A stretch of DNA of 20,000 bases from an uncultured virus (IMG/VR IMGVR_UViG_3300044640_001752) (taxonomy: Duplodnaviria > Heunggongvirae > Uroviricota > Caudoviricetes). Shown piece by piece: positions 8,639 to 16,767 of this stretch (position 1 is the first letter of the stretch; each line of letters opens with the position of its first letter). The position numbers were made by a program, and so were the translations under genes. Where the stretch lies: the IMG/VR virus record IMGVR_UViG_3300044640_001752; one strand, 5' to 3'. The notes beneath the pieces are model-generated. The model saw only the letters and a program-made list of their open reading frames with translations. It ran no database searches and had not been told where the DNA came from.

Positions 8639-9291
8639 AAAGTTCATGGGACTACACAAAAGCTCAAAGTCAGTATCATTTTGATTCAACCATAATGGAT
8701 CCGGCATACGATACAGTTATTAGACTGGGTCGTATTTCTCCTACGTGGGATACAGATCTTGCTGATATTGTCAGCAAATCAAAACCGGCAACATGGGCCA
8801 CTAGAGGATACAAGGGAGAAGGTGTCGAAGTTCCGTCTGCAGATCTCGAAGCCGAACGGCACGATATCGAGCGTGTCGGTGCAGATCCCGACATGATCAT
8901 CACGCACTTGAACTGGGTTATCCCCGATAGCTTACAAAAGATCAGTGATCTTTTTGGCTTAGATGATTGCATGAACCGCATACATGTACAACGACCTGGG
9001 GAAGTTTGGAATTTACACATAGATAAATTACAGAAATGGTGCCCGGAAGACCCCAGCCGTATCATGCGTATTATGATTCAATTAACTGACTGGCAACCTG
9101 GTCAATTCTGGGCATACGGCAACTATCATTATAATCAATGGCGTGCCGGTGATGTAACTACCTTCGACTGGGCAAATGTACCACACAGCACAGCCAATAC
9201 CGGGCACTATCCACGTGTGACATTTCAGATAACTGGTGTACGCACAGCCACGACAGACAAATTCCTCGAAGAATTGCAAAATTTACATTAA
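8635..9291 (+). CDS. 2OG-Fe(II) dioxygenase-like cupin (Asp/Asn beta-hydroxylase-like)
   Basis: PGEVWNLHIDK (HxD), WRAGDVTTFD, VPHSTAN (distal His), PRVTFQITG (2OG-binding Arg); ATGA overlap with the upstream gene. Confidence 0.75.
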   Translation: MKSSWDYTKAQSQYHFDSTIMDPAYDTVIRLGRISPTWDTDLADIVSKSKPATWATRGYKGEGVEVPSADLEAERHDIERVGADPDMIITHLNWVIPDSLQKISDLFGLDDCMNRIHVQRPGEVWNLHIDKLQKWCPEDPSRIMRIMIQLTDWQPGQFWAYGNYHYNQWRAGDVTTFDWANVPHSTANTGHYPRVTFQITGVRTATTDKFLEELQNLH

Positions 9292-10407
9292 ACAATTTTG
9301 TCGAATGAATGTTTCCACCAGGTTAGGATTGTTGCAATCTAAACAGGTGCCGTCGGACAGCAACACCATGTCGGCATCTATTCTTATTAAATGCTTGGGC
9401 GATCCCAGTTTGGATTTATAATTTAGATAATACGTGTCTTGATTTAGCTCGTAGATATACTGCTTTGCTGGCATCTTGTACAAATCATGCCTATCTGGTT
9501 TTATTGACTTGGGTCTGTCAGACAAGCTCCACAATTGATATTCGTCGCAATTGAACCACGGCATATAATTTTGTTTATATTGATTGTAGTTTGCAGTGTT
9601 TTTGATTGGAAATTGATTGTACCATATCAGCAGATGTTCTACCCAATGAAAATTAAAGTTAATCCACCAAAATAAATCGCCTATAGTAACAACTTCTATT
9701 CCTGCTTCGTGAATGTTTTGTGTCAATGAATCGTAGTACTCGACTGCTTGTTCTTTTGACATGTAGTTAGTTAGAAATTCAATAAACTTGCCACTGGTTT
9801 CTCTAAGAGATTTTTCCAAAGAACCAGCGCCGTACACTAATTCAAACTCAATAGCAATATTGACTATCCACAACTTATCTGCTGGTTCCCCATCAGTTAC
9901 AATATATTTGTCAAATACAGATTGTATGTCTTTGTTAGAAAAGTTTTTGAAATTTATAGTTTTTAATTGATATTGTTCTATCACTGAGTGATAAAATATT
10001 GGATTTTCAAAGTAACTCTGATTGTTAGCAAAGATTGTGATATTTTTTAGATCTGCTGTATCAAAATGTTTTATTATAGCCGATAATGCCAGGGTACTAT
10101 CTATTCCGCCTGACCAAAAAATAGCCAGTGGCAGATTTCTTTGCTGCATTGTTTTTTTAATTTCGATAGCTCTAGCGTCAGTTACTTCGCTAAAACTTTT
10201 GTTAAAACATTGCATCAATGGAGGACACGATACATAATCTGGATCATGATAAAAATTCCAAATCTTCGTTTTTCCGTATCTGGCACTGGAGATTGATTCA
10301 CATCCTGGCCAGAATTTTTGGTCAGCTAACAAAAATGTTTTCAGGCGTGCTTGTAGATCAATCGGTAACAAATTATAAAAATCGAAAGAAATTCGCAAAG
10401 GCTTCAT
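9283..10407 (-). CDS. PP-loop adenine-nucleotide alpha-hydrolase superfamily protein (asparagine-synthetase C-terminal-domain-like)
   Basis: AIFWSGGIDST (SGGxDS PP-loop), VTDGEPADKLW (cf. AsnB SGEGADEL), late YKMPAKQYI; no recognisable N-terminal glutaminase domain. Confidence 0.75.
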   Translation of the reverse strand: MKPLRISFDFYNLLPIDLQARLKTFLLADQKFWPGCESISSARYGKTKIWNFYHDPDYVSCPPLMQCFNKSFSEVTDARAIEIKKTMQQRNLPLAIFWSGGIDSTLALSAIIKHFDTADLKNITIFANNQSYFENPIFYHSVIEQYQLKTINFKNFSNKDIQSVFDKYIVTDGEPADKLWIVNIAIEFELVYGAGSLEKSLRETSGKFIEFLTNYMSKEQAVEYYDSLTQNIHEAGIEVVTIGDLFWWINFNFHWVEHLLIWYNQFPIKNTANYNQYKQNYMPWFNCDEYQLWSLSDRPKSIKPDRHDLYKMPAKQYIYELNQDTYYLNYKSKLGSPKHLIRIDADMVLLSDGTCLDCNNPNLVETFIRQNCLM

Positions 10408-10979
10408 AACAAGGTCTCGGCTATCTTACACAGTGGTTCAATTTTTTTCTTGGCAGAATTGTATTCGTTGTTTAGATAAATTGTTTGATTGCATATCATT
10501 TCTATTTCTTTTATCTGCGTAAACTCGTCAAACGGCAACTTGATCAGATTAGAAAAAATTCTATATTGACAATTTTTAGAAAATTTAAAAAGTTTTAAAA
10601 CATAATGTGCCAAGAAAGCAAAATTTTGAATTTCAACAAGATCTTTGTTGGGTTTTGATATCAAGTCCCCACATGTGTCAAGCAAGAAATTTTTTTTAGT
10701 TATTGGAAAATTAAATTTTGAATCTAGTGATCCAGCGGGCCAGTTGGTGATACTCCACTGGGAACAGCAAATGTTGTCTATTAAATCGATTTGAAAATTT
10801 GGAGCGAAGTGTAACGGAACAATCAACAGTCTGATTTTACTAGACAATAAAAACACTGCATGTTCAAACCATTGATAATCGTCGTCTACGCATACCAGTC
10901 TATCAACTACAGGACTGTACAATCCATACTGAACAGGCTTTCCGCAGCCCCAGAAAAAATACGTTTGGTCTAGTGTCAT
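10404..10979 (-). CDS. Hypothetical protein, translationally coupled to the PP-loop gene
   Basis: 191-aa ORF with ATGA overlap at 10404-10407; AATAAATA motif upstream on the same strand. Confidence 0.7.
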   Translation of the reverse strand: MTLDQTYFFWGCGKPVQYGLYSPVVDRLVCVDDDYQWFEHAVFLLSSKIRLLIVPLHFAPNFQIDLIDNICCSQWSITNWPAGSLDSKFNFPITKKNFLLDTCGDLISKPNKDLVEIQNFAFLAHYVLKLFKFSKNCQYRIFSNLIKLPFDEFTQIKEIEMICNQTIYLNNEYNSAKKKIEPLCKIAETLL

Positions 10980-11001
10980 TGAGTTTGATAATGTTGTCAG
11001 A

Positions 11002-11009
11002 TATTTATT
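11002..11009 (-). promoter_or_regulatory. Putative T4-like late promoter AATAAATA driving the 10979->9283 pair
   Basis: TATTTATT on the + strand, about 22 nt upstream of ATG 10979. Confidence 0.5.
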
Positions 11010-11058
11010 GAGTGCTTTGTTGACACAATAATTTTAAAAATTCGGGTATTTTTTTCCA

Positions 11059-11066
11059 AATAAATA
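11059..11066 (+). promoter_or_regulatory. Putative T4-like late promoter AATAAATA driving the PAAR operon
   Basis: AATAAATA 6 nt before ATG 11073, ahead of structural genes; same 8-mer as the divergent copy at 11002-11009. Confidence 0.6.
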
Positions 11067-11072
11067 CTTGAT

Positions 11073-11288
11073 ATGGCTCACAGATTTGTTGTCGTAATCA
11101 ATGGTTTACTGCATACGTTTACGGACTTTGCAGCGATACCTGCAGAGATCGATCATGTGATTGAATTTGTACCAGAGATTCCGCCTGAGCCGCATACTGA
11201 TGAACAGCACCGGGAAATTGATGCCTGGGGTGAGCGTTTTAGTACTTTATTAGAGAGAGAATATGCCAGCAGTGTCAAGAAAGGGTGA
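11073..11288 (+). CDS. Small conserved-type myovirus protein upstream of PAAR
   Basis: 71 aa; IPxxxDHVIEFxPxIPPxPHTxEQHxEI pattern recalled from PAAR-adjacent ORFs of T4-like phages; overlaps the PAAR start. Confidence 0.65.
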   Translation: MAHRFVVVINGLLHTFTDFAAIPAEIDHVIEFVPEIPPEPHTDEQHREIDAWGERFSTLLEREYASSVKKG

Positions 11289-11550
11289 TGCAGGACTAGT
11301 TCATTGCAGCGGTTACACTATTGCACAAGGCTCGCCGGATGTGCGTGTAAATGGCCGTCCAGTTGCTAGAGATGGTGATCTCAGCGACACACACAAAAAA
11401 CCAGGTGGTAAAAAATGCAGTATACACGCTGCTCCGATTCAAGCCAGCAGGTCAGTGCGTGTAAATGGTCGCCCTATTGCTTGCGTGGGTGATGCGTTGT
11501 CGGGTTGCACTCGAATTGCACAAGGCAGCGGCGATGTCTTTGCAGGATAA
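11263..11550 (+). CDS. PAAR-repeat baseplate spike-tip protein (T4 gp5.4-like)
   Basis: MPAVSRKGD, GSPDVRVNGRPVARDGD, SVRVNGRPIACVGD, IAQGSGDVFAG; His/Cys metal ligands. Confidence 0.92.
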   Translation: MPAVSRKGDAGLVHCSGYTIAQGSPDVRVNGRPVARDGDLSDTHKKPGGKKCSIHAAPIQASRSVRVNGRPIACVGDALSGCTRIAQGSGDVFAG

Positions 11551-11553
11551 CAC

Positions 11554-13437
11554 ATGAGTCCAGGTCCTTTAAGCCCAGTAATGATAATAGCCACGGATGG
11601 TTTTTTACAAGACCTAGGTCTGGCCATCAACGGCAATCTAACCATTGCAATCAACAACTATAATGCAACTACAGTGGTTGCATCTTATACAGATGTATTA
11701 ACCGACGCTGCTATCGCGATAGGTGTTGCCAACAATGAAATAACTCAAAGCACTTTTAGTACTTTGCAAAATCTTGCAGCCAATATTTTGCCTGCTGTGA
11801 CCAATGCTGTTCCGTCGGCTTACCTGGCCGATTTAGGGCCATTGGGCAATACCTATACCGGCGGATTTTCCGGTGTTGTTGTTGCACAAGCCAATGAGAT
11901 ATTGGGCAGCGGTGATTTGTCGATATTTTCTCAGGTGTATAATATTGCACAGTCCTATGTGACACAGACCAATCAGTACATCAATTCAGTAGTGAATTCC
12001 AACATACTAGACAGTACCTTTGTTGACATGGATGCCTTGACTACCGGCAATGTCAGCGAAGCCAACACTGACTTGCCGGCGTTTGGTGCAGACCTGGTCA
12101 AACTAGGGCAGACATGGGACTTGTCAAATCTGGACTATCTTGGATCACCGGCTGCCTTGCTGTATCAATTGATAAGGGTAGGCGGTCTGTTGCCCGAAGT
12201 GGCTAAAAAATTAACCGATGCCGGACTGTCCAGCACAGATCTAATAGCCTTACGCAACAATGGCGTACCGGTATTGGCCAACATTGATCTTTTGATATAC
12301 CGAGCCATGCTGACCGTGACTGGAGATTTGCTGGATCAAGTCAAGCTGTTGTTGGATGTGACCACCAGTGGACTTGTTACCATGGCAGATCTGCTGAATC
12401 CAGTGAAAACTTTGCCCAACAGCTACACAACATTGACAGTTAATTTTCCCACAGATGATTCTTCTGCTGCAGTGTTTCCTTATGTGTATCTGGAAAATGG
12501 CGGAGTCAATACTACTCTTGAACTGTTGTTTGTGGATGACGTTGAATATCAGAATCTGATCCGGGTAATACCACCAGACCAGGCCTTGGCCAACAAGGCC
12601 ATTGCCAGAAGTCTACAACAGATCAAAAATATCTTTAACTTGACCTTGCCAGAATTTGCAACGGCTGTGGTGGCATTAGAAACCAACACTGGCTTGCCTG
12701 CTATCAACACACTGATGCAGCCGGTACCAAATTCGATCCAGGTATCCTTTCTCAGCATGTTGGCAACCGGCACAGGACCCAATGGTACACTGACCTTGTT
12801 TGATTTCTTAGGTGTGCTTGCTGGATCACCTTATACCGACGAGTTTAACCAGGCCACTGCAACTCTGACTCAATTACAAAGTGGCGGACAGTTAGATACG
12901 CTGACAGATTCGGTGAATGGAGTATACACCATCATGATAAACACACTGAATGGCGACTACACCACTGTGATTGACCCAGGACCGCCGATTGATTTGACAA
13001 TCACTATTCCGCCGGGCCTGCCAGGCGAAGGCACATATACCAGTTTGGATTTGGCATTTACATCAGGCTTGATTCCAGCTGCTCAAAGTTTAATCGGTAA
13101 CATTGCCACTGTCAACACATCAGCTGCTGAATCGTTAAATTCCGACTTTGATGTCATGGCTCAGCAGCTGACTTATGAGACCACTAACCTAACCAAAGCT
13201 GGTGTAGACTTTGCTGAGCTAACTGGAAACGCAACCACATCCTTGTTGAGTCTGGGAACCAGTTTGCACGATATTGGACTGGACGAAGGTGACGACGGAC
13301 AAAATGCACTGTTCACAGCCATTGCAGACACCACCAATATCTACGGCCAAGCCGTGATCGCCAGCCTACGCGAAGGCCGAAACATTGCTGCATTAAATGC
13401 AGTAGGTATCAATACCGACACTCAAATCCCGTTGTAG
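11554..13437 (+). CDS. Large acidic hypothetical protein, probable virion component
   Basis: 627-aa ORF 3 nt after the PAAR stop, in a late operon ending at a terminator; rich in T/A/L/N/D, poor in K/R. Confidence 0.75.
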   Translation: MSPGPLSPVMIIATDGFLQDLGLAINGNLTIAINNYNATTVVASYTDVLTDAAIAIGVANNEITQSTFSTLQNLAANILPAVTNAVPSAYLADLGPLGNTYTGGFSGVVVAQANEILGSGDLSIFSQVYNIAQSYVTQTNQYINSVVNSNILDSTFVDMDALTTGNVSEANTDLPAFGADLVKLGQTWDLSNLDYLGSPAALLYQLIRVGGLLPEVAKKLTDAGLSSTDLIALRNNGVPVLANIDLLIYRAMLTVTGDLLDQVKLLLDVTTSGLVTMADLLNPVKTLPNSYTTLTVNFPTDDSSAAVFPYVYLENGGVNTTLELLFVDDVEYQNLIRVIPPDQALANKAIARSLQQIKNIFNLTLPEFATAVVALETNTGLPAINTLMQPVPNSIQVSFLSMLATGTGPNGTLTLFDFLGVLAGSPYTDEFNQATATLTQLQSGGQLDTLTDSVNGVYTIMINTLNGDYTTVIDPGPPIDLTITIPPGLPGEGTYTSLDLAFTSGLIPAAQSLIGNIATVNTSAAESLNSDFDVMAQQLTYETTNLTKAGVDFAELTGNATTSLLSLGTSLHDIGLDEGDDGQNALFTAIADTTNIYGQAVIASLREGRNIAALNAVGINTDTQIPL

Positions 13438-13456
13438 CAAAAAAACAACACTTTTG

Positions 13457-13480
13457 AGCCCTGGAAACAGGGCTTTTTTT
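13457..13480 (+). terminator. Rho-independent terminator
   Basis: AGCCCTG-GAAA-CAGGGCT stem with a GNRA loop followed by a T-run. Confidence 0.92.
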
Positions 13481-13481
13481 G

Positions 13482-13510
13482 TTGACCAATAATGCTATTT
13501 CGGCTATACT
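13482..13510 (+). promoter_or_regulatory. Sigma70-type early promoter 1
   Basis: TTGACC-17 nt-TATACT, followed by CAGGAG SD and ATG 13541. Confidence 0.85.
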
Positions 13511-13540
13511 AGTTAAACAGTAAACAAACAGGAGTAGATA

Positions 13541-13696
13541 ATGGGCTTGGATTTTGCAGATCTCAGAATTGGGCGTTTATTTCATCTAAACGGCTGCGAC
13601 TATATCAAACAGTCTACTCGCACTGCGAGGATGCTTAACAACGGACGTGTTTTTTACATCGGCAAGAGCGAGTACATTCTTCCTTTTGCTTACTGA
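13541..13696 (+). CDS. Small hypothetical early protein (51 aa, not in ORF track)
   Basis: MGLDFADLRIGRLFHLNGCDYIKQSTRTARMLNNGRVFYIGKSEYILPFAY*; AGGAG SD, own promoter, fills the gap exactly. Confidence 0.75.
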   Translation: MGLDFADLRIGRLFHLNGCDYIKQSTRTARMLNNGRVFYIGKSEYILPFAY

Positions 13697-13704
13697 TCTT
13701 TTGG

Positions 13705-13733
13705 TTGACCAATAATCCCAGATAGGCTATAAT
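13705..13733 (+). promoter_or_regulatory. Sigma70-type early promoter 2
   Basis: TTGACC-17 nt-TATAAT, followed by CAGGAG SD and ATG 13764. Confidence 0.9.
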
Positions 13734-13763
13734 GTTTATACAGTAGAAAAACAGGAGCAGTAA

Positions 13764-14045
13764 ATGACTACAGCAACTTACCAAGCACTAACAGAGCAAG
13801 AAAAGCGTGAAGTCCGTATGTTTGGCGTGACTGAAGCGGGCATGCGTGAAGCAATAGAGTCCAGCTCTACTTTTAAGTTTTCGGGCCCTGCAATGGTTGC
13901 GGCCGGTATGTTGAGTGATGCACAAGAGATGGTCAGTTATGGCCCGTATGACGGCGACACGCTGGCCAACCTTTTGGAAGACCAGCGTCAGCTGTTGAAC
14001 CGTGCCAAGTTCGTTTTGTTTGAATACTTCTCAGATCGGAGATAA
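13764..14045 (+). CDS. Hypothetical early phage protein
   Basis: 93 aa; strong promoter and AGGAG SD upstream. Confidence 0.8.
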   Translation: MTTATYQALTEQEKREVRMFGVTEAGMREAIESSSTFKFSGPAMVAAGMLSDAQEMVSYGPYDGDTLANLLEDQRQLLNRAKFVLFEYFSDRR

Positions 14046-14047
14046 TA

Positions 14048-14380
14048 ATGTCTGAATTTACTTTAGATCAAGTTCGTGCAATCCACCTTGAAGCCACAAT
14101 GGCCGCAAAGGCAGCCGAACAGAGTTTTATTGCCAAACACGGCGAACCTGGTTACTGTGGTTTTGCTTGGGTTAATGTTCCGGTCAAGGCAAGTACTAAA
14201 TTAGGCCGTGCTCTTAAAGAAGTAGGTTTCCGTAAGAGCTACTACGGTGGCTTGGACTTGTGGAACCCAGGCGGTAGTTTTACGCAAAGCATGGACATCA
14301 AAGAACACGGTGCTGTGGCTTATGCTCGCACTTTGGTGCAGTATGGTATTGATGCCCACATGTCAAGTCGTGCAGACTAA
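14048..14380 (+). CDS. Hypothetical phage protein (CGFAWV motif)
   Basis: 110 aa; GGAG SD; TAATAATG coupling; GYCGFAWV...QSMDIKE...SRAD pattern recalled from phage ORFs. Confidence 0.8.
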   Translation: MSEFTLDQVRAIHLEATMAAKAAEQSFIAKHGEPGYCGFAWVNVPVKASTKLGRALKEVGFRKSYYGGLDLWNPGGSFTQSMDIKEHGAVAYARTLVQYGIDAHMSSRAD

Positions 14381-14397
14381 TCAAATAAGGAGCTGTT

Positions 14398-14586
14398 ATG
14401 ACTGTTATCGAACGCATTGCCAATGACATTGCCATGCTTAGTAATCAAAGCCTGCGTGAATTGACCGATGTATTGACTAGGGATTATCCCACTCGTGCCG
14501 ACGCCTTGGAGCAGGCCATTGCTGTTGCTTGTCGCGAACAAATGACTGAGATTTATCGAGAGTTGGGAATTGATGATGTTGAATAG
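14398..14586 (+). CDS. Hypothetical protein
   Basis: 62 aa; TAAGGAG SD upstream. Confidence 0.7.
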   Translation: MTVIERIANDIAMLSNQSLRELTDVLTRDYPTRADALEQAIAVACREQMTEIYRELGIDDVE

Positions 14587-14797
14587 CATTTTAAAATGGA
14601 CAGCCACAGTGATTCTGATCATTGGCACTGGCGTTAATAGCCTGGGCTATTACCCCCAAGGTCCCTTGCTGTTGTTGCTGGGTGGCCTAATGTGGCTAGC
14701 AGTCAGCATACGGTGGCGTGAACCTGCACTAATTGTGACCAATGGTGTGATGAATTTGGTTGCCATTGCAGGATTAGCCATACACTTTTACGGTTAA
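14573..14797 (+). CDS. Small membrane protein (about 3 hydrophobic segments)
   Basis: LKWTATVILIIG..YPQGPLL..W..VSIRWREPALIVTN; start could be 14570, 14573 or 14576. Confidence 0.7.
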   Translation: MMLNSILKWTATVILIIGTGVNSLGYYPQGPLLLLLGGLMWLAVSIRWREPALIVTNGVMNLVAIAGLAIHFYG

Positions 14798-14806
14798 GGA
14801 AGTAAC

Positions 14807-14980
14807 ATGTGGAATTGTATCTTTGGATTGATTGTGTCTGCGGTATTTGCTGTTGTGGCATGGAACCTTTGGCCCATGATGACACGCGGCGAAGGACGTT
14901 ATTACAACTGCAGTCTAGCGGAAATACACCCAGATTATCCGACTGCTGTGCGCGAACAATGTAGGAAGTTAAACAAATGA
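14807..14980 (+). CDS. Small N-anchored membrane protein with a Cys pair (57 aa, not in ORF track)
   Basis: MWNCIFGLIVSAVFAVVAWNLWPMMTRGEGRYYNCSLAEIHPDYPTAVREQCRKLNK*; TAAGGA SD; ATGA overlap with the next gene. Confidence 0.75.
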   Translation: MWNCIFGLIVSAVFAVVAWNLWPMMTRGEGRYYNCSLAEIHPDYPTAVREQCRKLNK

Positions 14981-15354
14981 TAAATCAACATGTAATTTTA
15001 TTGCTACTGACAGCACTTGCAGTCAAGCATTGGTTGTGTGATTTTGTATTGCAAACATCGCATCAAGTTGCAACCAAAGGACAGTACGGTTCACTAGGCG
15101 GTATCAGTCATGCACTAACACACGGTGTTGGCACAGCCGTGGTGTTGGCTTTGTTTTTATTTGGCAGATTTGACATATATGAGATTGCTTTTTTGGCCGG
15201 CATGGATGCAGTATTTCACTATCACATTGACTGGTTTAAACAGCGAATGACACAGGGCATGATCCCAGCACATCCTAAGTTTTGGACATGGCTAGGCTTT
15301 GATCAACTGTTACACACCCTCACTTACATCGTAATCATTGCGCTGATTCACTAA
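14977..15354 (+). CDS. DUF3307-like membrane protein
   Basis: KHWLCDFVLQT, HALTHG, FHYHIDWFK, LGFDQLLH: His-rich membrane pattern of DUF3307. Confidence 0.75.
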   Translation: MINQHVILLLLTALAVKHWLCDFVLQTSHQVATKGQYGSLGGISHALTHGVGTAVVLALFLFGRFDIYEIAFLAGMDAVFHYHIDWFKQRMTQGMIPAHPKFWTWLGFDQLLHTLTYIVIIALIH

Positions 15355-15372
15355 TCATCTGGGCTTAAATAA

Positions 15373-16767
15373 ATGACAACAACAATCGACATTGATTCCG
15401 CAAAGTTTAATGGATTAACCATGGCAGCAGATTGGATACAGGACTTAGAATCGAGCGACAGCAGACTACACAAAGAATCTGTGATTGAAAAAGCATTGAT
15501 AGCTGCAAAGTTAGGTAGCACCAGTGCTCAATGCTTTTTATACAACTGCTATCAAGCCTACAATCCTTTTTATGTGTTTGGTGTTCGCCAAGTGCCCGAG
15601 ACCCAAGGGCTAGTTGGCCTGGCCAATCCATGGCCCCGATTCTGGGCCTTGTTAGAAAGCCTGCGTACTCGCAGCGTCACTGGGCATTCAGCCAGGGATG
15701 CCATTACAGAAGTCAGCCAGCTGTTTGATTCCGAAGAATGGAATCGAATGTGTCGCCGTGTGATCATCAAGGATCTGCGCTGTGGCATCAGCGATAAGAC
15801 TCTAAACAAAGTGCTGGGCAAGACTGAGTGGAAGATTCCTACCTTTACTTGTCAGCTGGCACAAGACAGCAACGATCATCCGGCCAAGCTGAAAGGTCGC
15901 AAACGCTTGGAAGTCAAGCTAGATGGTGTGCGTGTGATTGCTATCTGCTACAAGGAAGGCGGGGTCAACTTGTTTAGCCGCAATGGCAAGCCGTTCACTA
16001 ACTTTCCGCACATCGAAGAACAGTTGGGATCAATCTCACGTAAACTCAGTACTGCGGCGTTTGGGCAGTATACGGACTTTGTGTTGGATGGCGAAATCAT
16101 AGGTGAAAGCTTTCAGGCACTTATGAAGCAGGCACAACGCAAGACCAATGTCGATGCCAGCGACAGCAAGTACTTTGTATTTGATGTCATGCCCAAGGCC
16201 GCCTTCTTTGAAGGACACTATAATGCACAGCAGTACAAACGCATTGATACCTTACACCATATGTTCAATTCAGTAGATGACTCAACCCAAGCACCTGACG
16301 TACAGATCACTCCTGGCATCGAAGTGGACTTGGATACTGCTGAAGGGCATGACATCATGCGTCGCTATGCCGAAGATGCAGTAGCAGATGGGTTCGAAGG
16401 CATCATGATCAAAGATCAAGACGCACCATATGAATGTAAGCGTAGCAGTTTCTGGATGAAGTGGAAGCCCGTTATTACTGTAGACTTGAATATTGTTGGT
16501 TTTGAAGAAGGTACCGGTAAGAACCTAGGTCGTTTGGGTGCAATCGTTTGTGAAGGAACAGACAATGATAGACGTATTAATGTTAATGTTGGCAGTGGGC
16601 TCACTGATAGTGATCGCGATAGTTTCTGGGCAGATCGTGATCAGTTACTTGGTCGAGTGGTTGAAGTCAAAGCTGATGCGGTGACACAAAATCAAGACGG
16701 AACGTACAGCTTGCGTTTCCCACGCTTTGAACGATTTCGTGATGCACTAACCGGAGAGAAAGAATGA
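15373..16767 (+). CDS. lig: ATP-dependent DNA ligase
   Basis: EVKLDGVR (motif I, adenylated Lys), FSRNGK, VLDGEI, YFVFD, EGIMIK, WMKWKP, VGSG, SLRFPRF. Confidence 0.96.
   Translation: MTTTIDIDSAKFNGLTMAADWIQDLESSDSRLHKESVIEKALIAAKLGSTSAQCFLYNCYQAYNPFYVFGVRQVPETQGLVGLANPWPRFWALLESLRTRSVTGHSARDAITEVSQLFDSEEWNRMCRRVIIKDLRCGISDKTLNKVLGKTEWKIPTFTCQLAQDSNDHPAKLKGRKRLEVKLDGVRVIAICYKEGGVNLFSRNGKPFTNFPHIEEQLGSISRKLSTAAFGQYTDFVLDGEIIGESFQALMKQAQRKTNVDASDSKYFVFDVMPKAAFFEGHYNAQQYKRIDTLHHMFNSVDDSTQAPDVQITPGIEVDLDTAEGHDIMRRYAEDAVADGFEGIMIKDQDAPYECKRSSFWMKWKPVITVDLNIVGFEEGTGKNLGRLGAIVCEGTDNDRRINVNVGSGLTDSDRDSFWADRDQLLGRVVEVKADAVTQNQDGTYSLRFPRFERFRDALTGEKE

Noticed and set aside
10980..11072. Lasso-peptide precursor next to the Asn-synthetase-like gene
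   Set aside because: No short ORF with a plausible leader/core or RBS is visible in the intergenic region, and no B1/B2 motifs were recognised.
11341..11468. Direct repeat GTGCGTGTAAATGG inside the PAAR gene
   Set aside because: Explained by the internal VRVNG repeat of the PAAR fold.
11263..11550. Bacterial type VI secretion locus
   Set aside because: No vgrG/hcp/tss genes; the context (nrdAB, ATP ligase, early promoter modules, late boxes) is phage.
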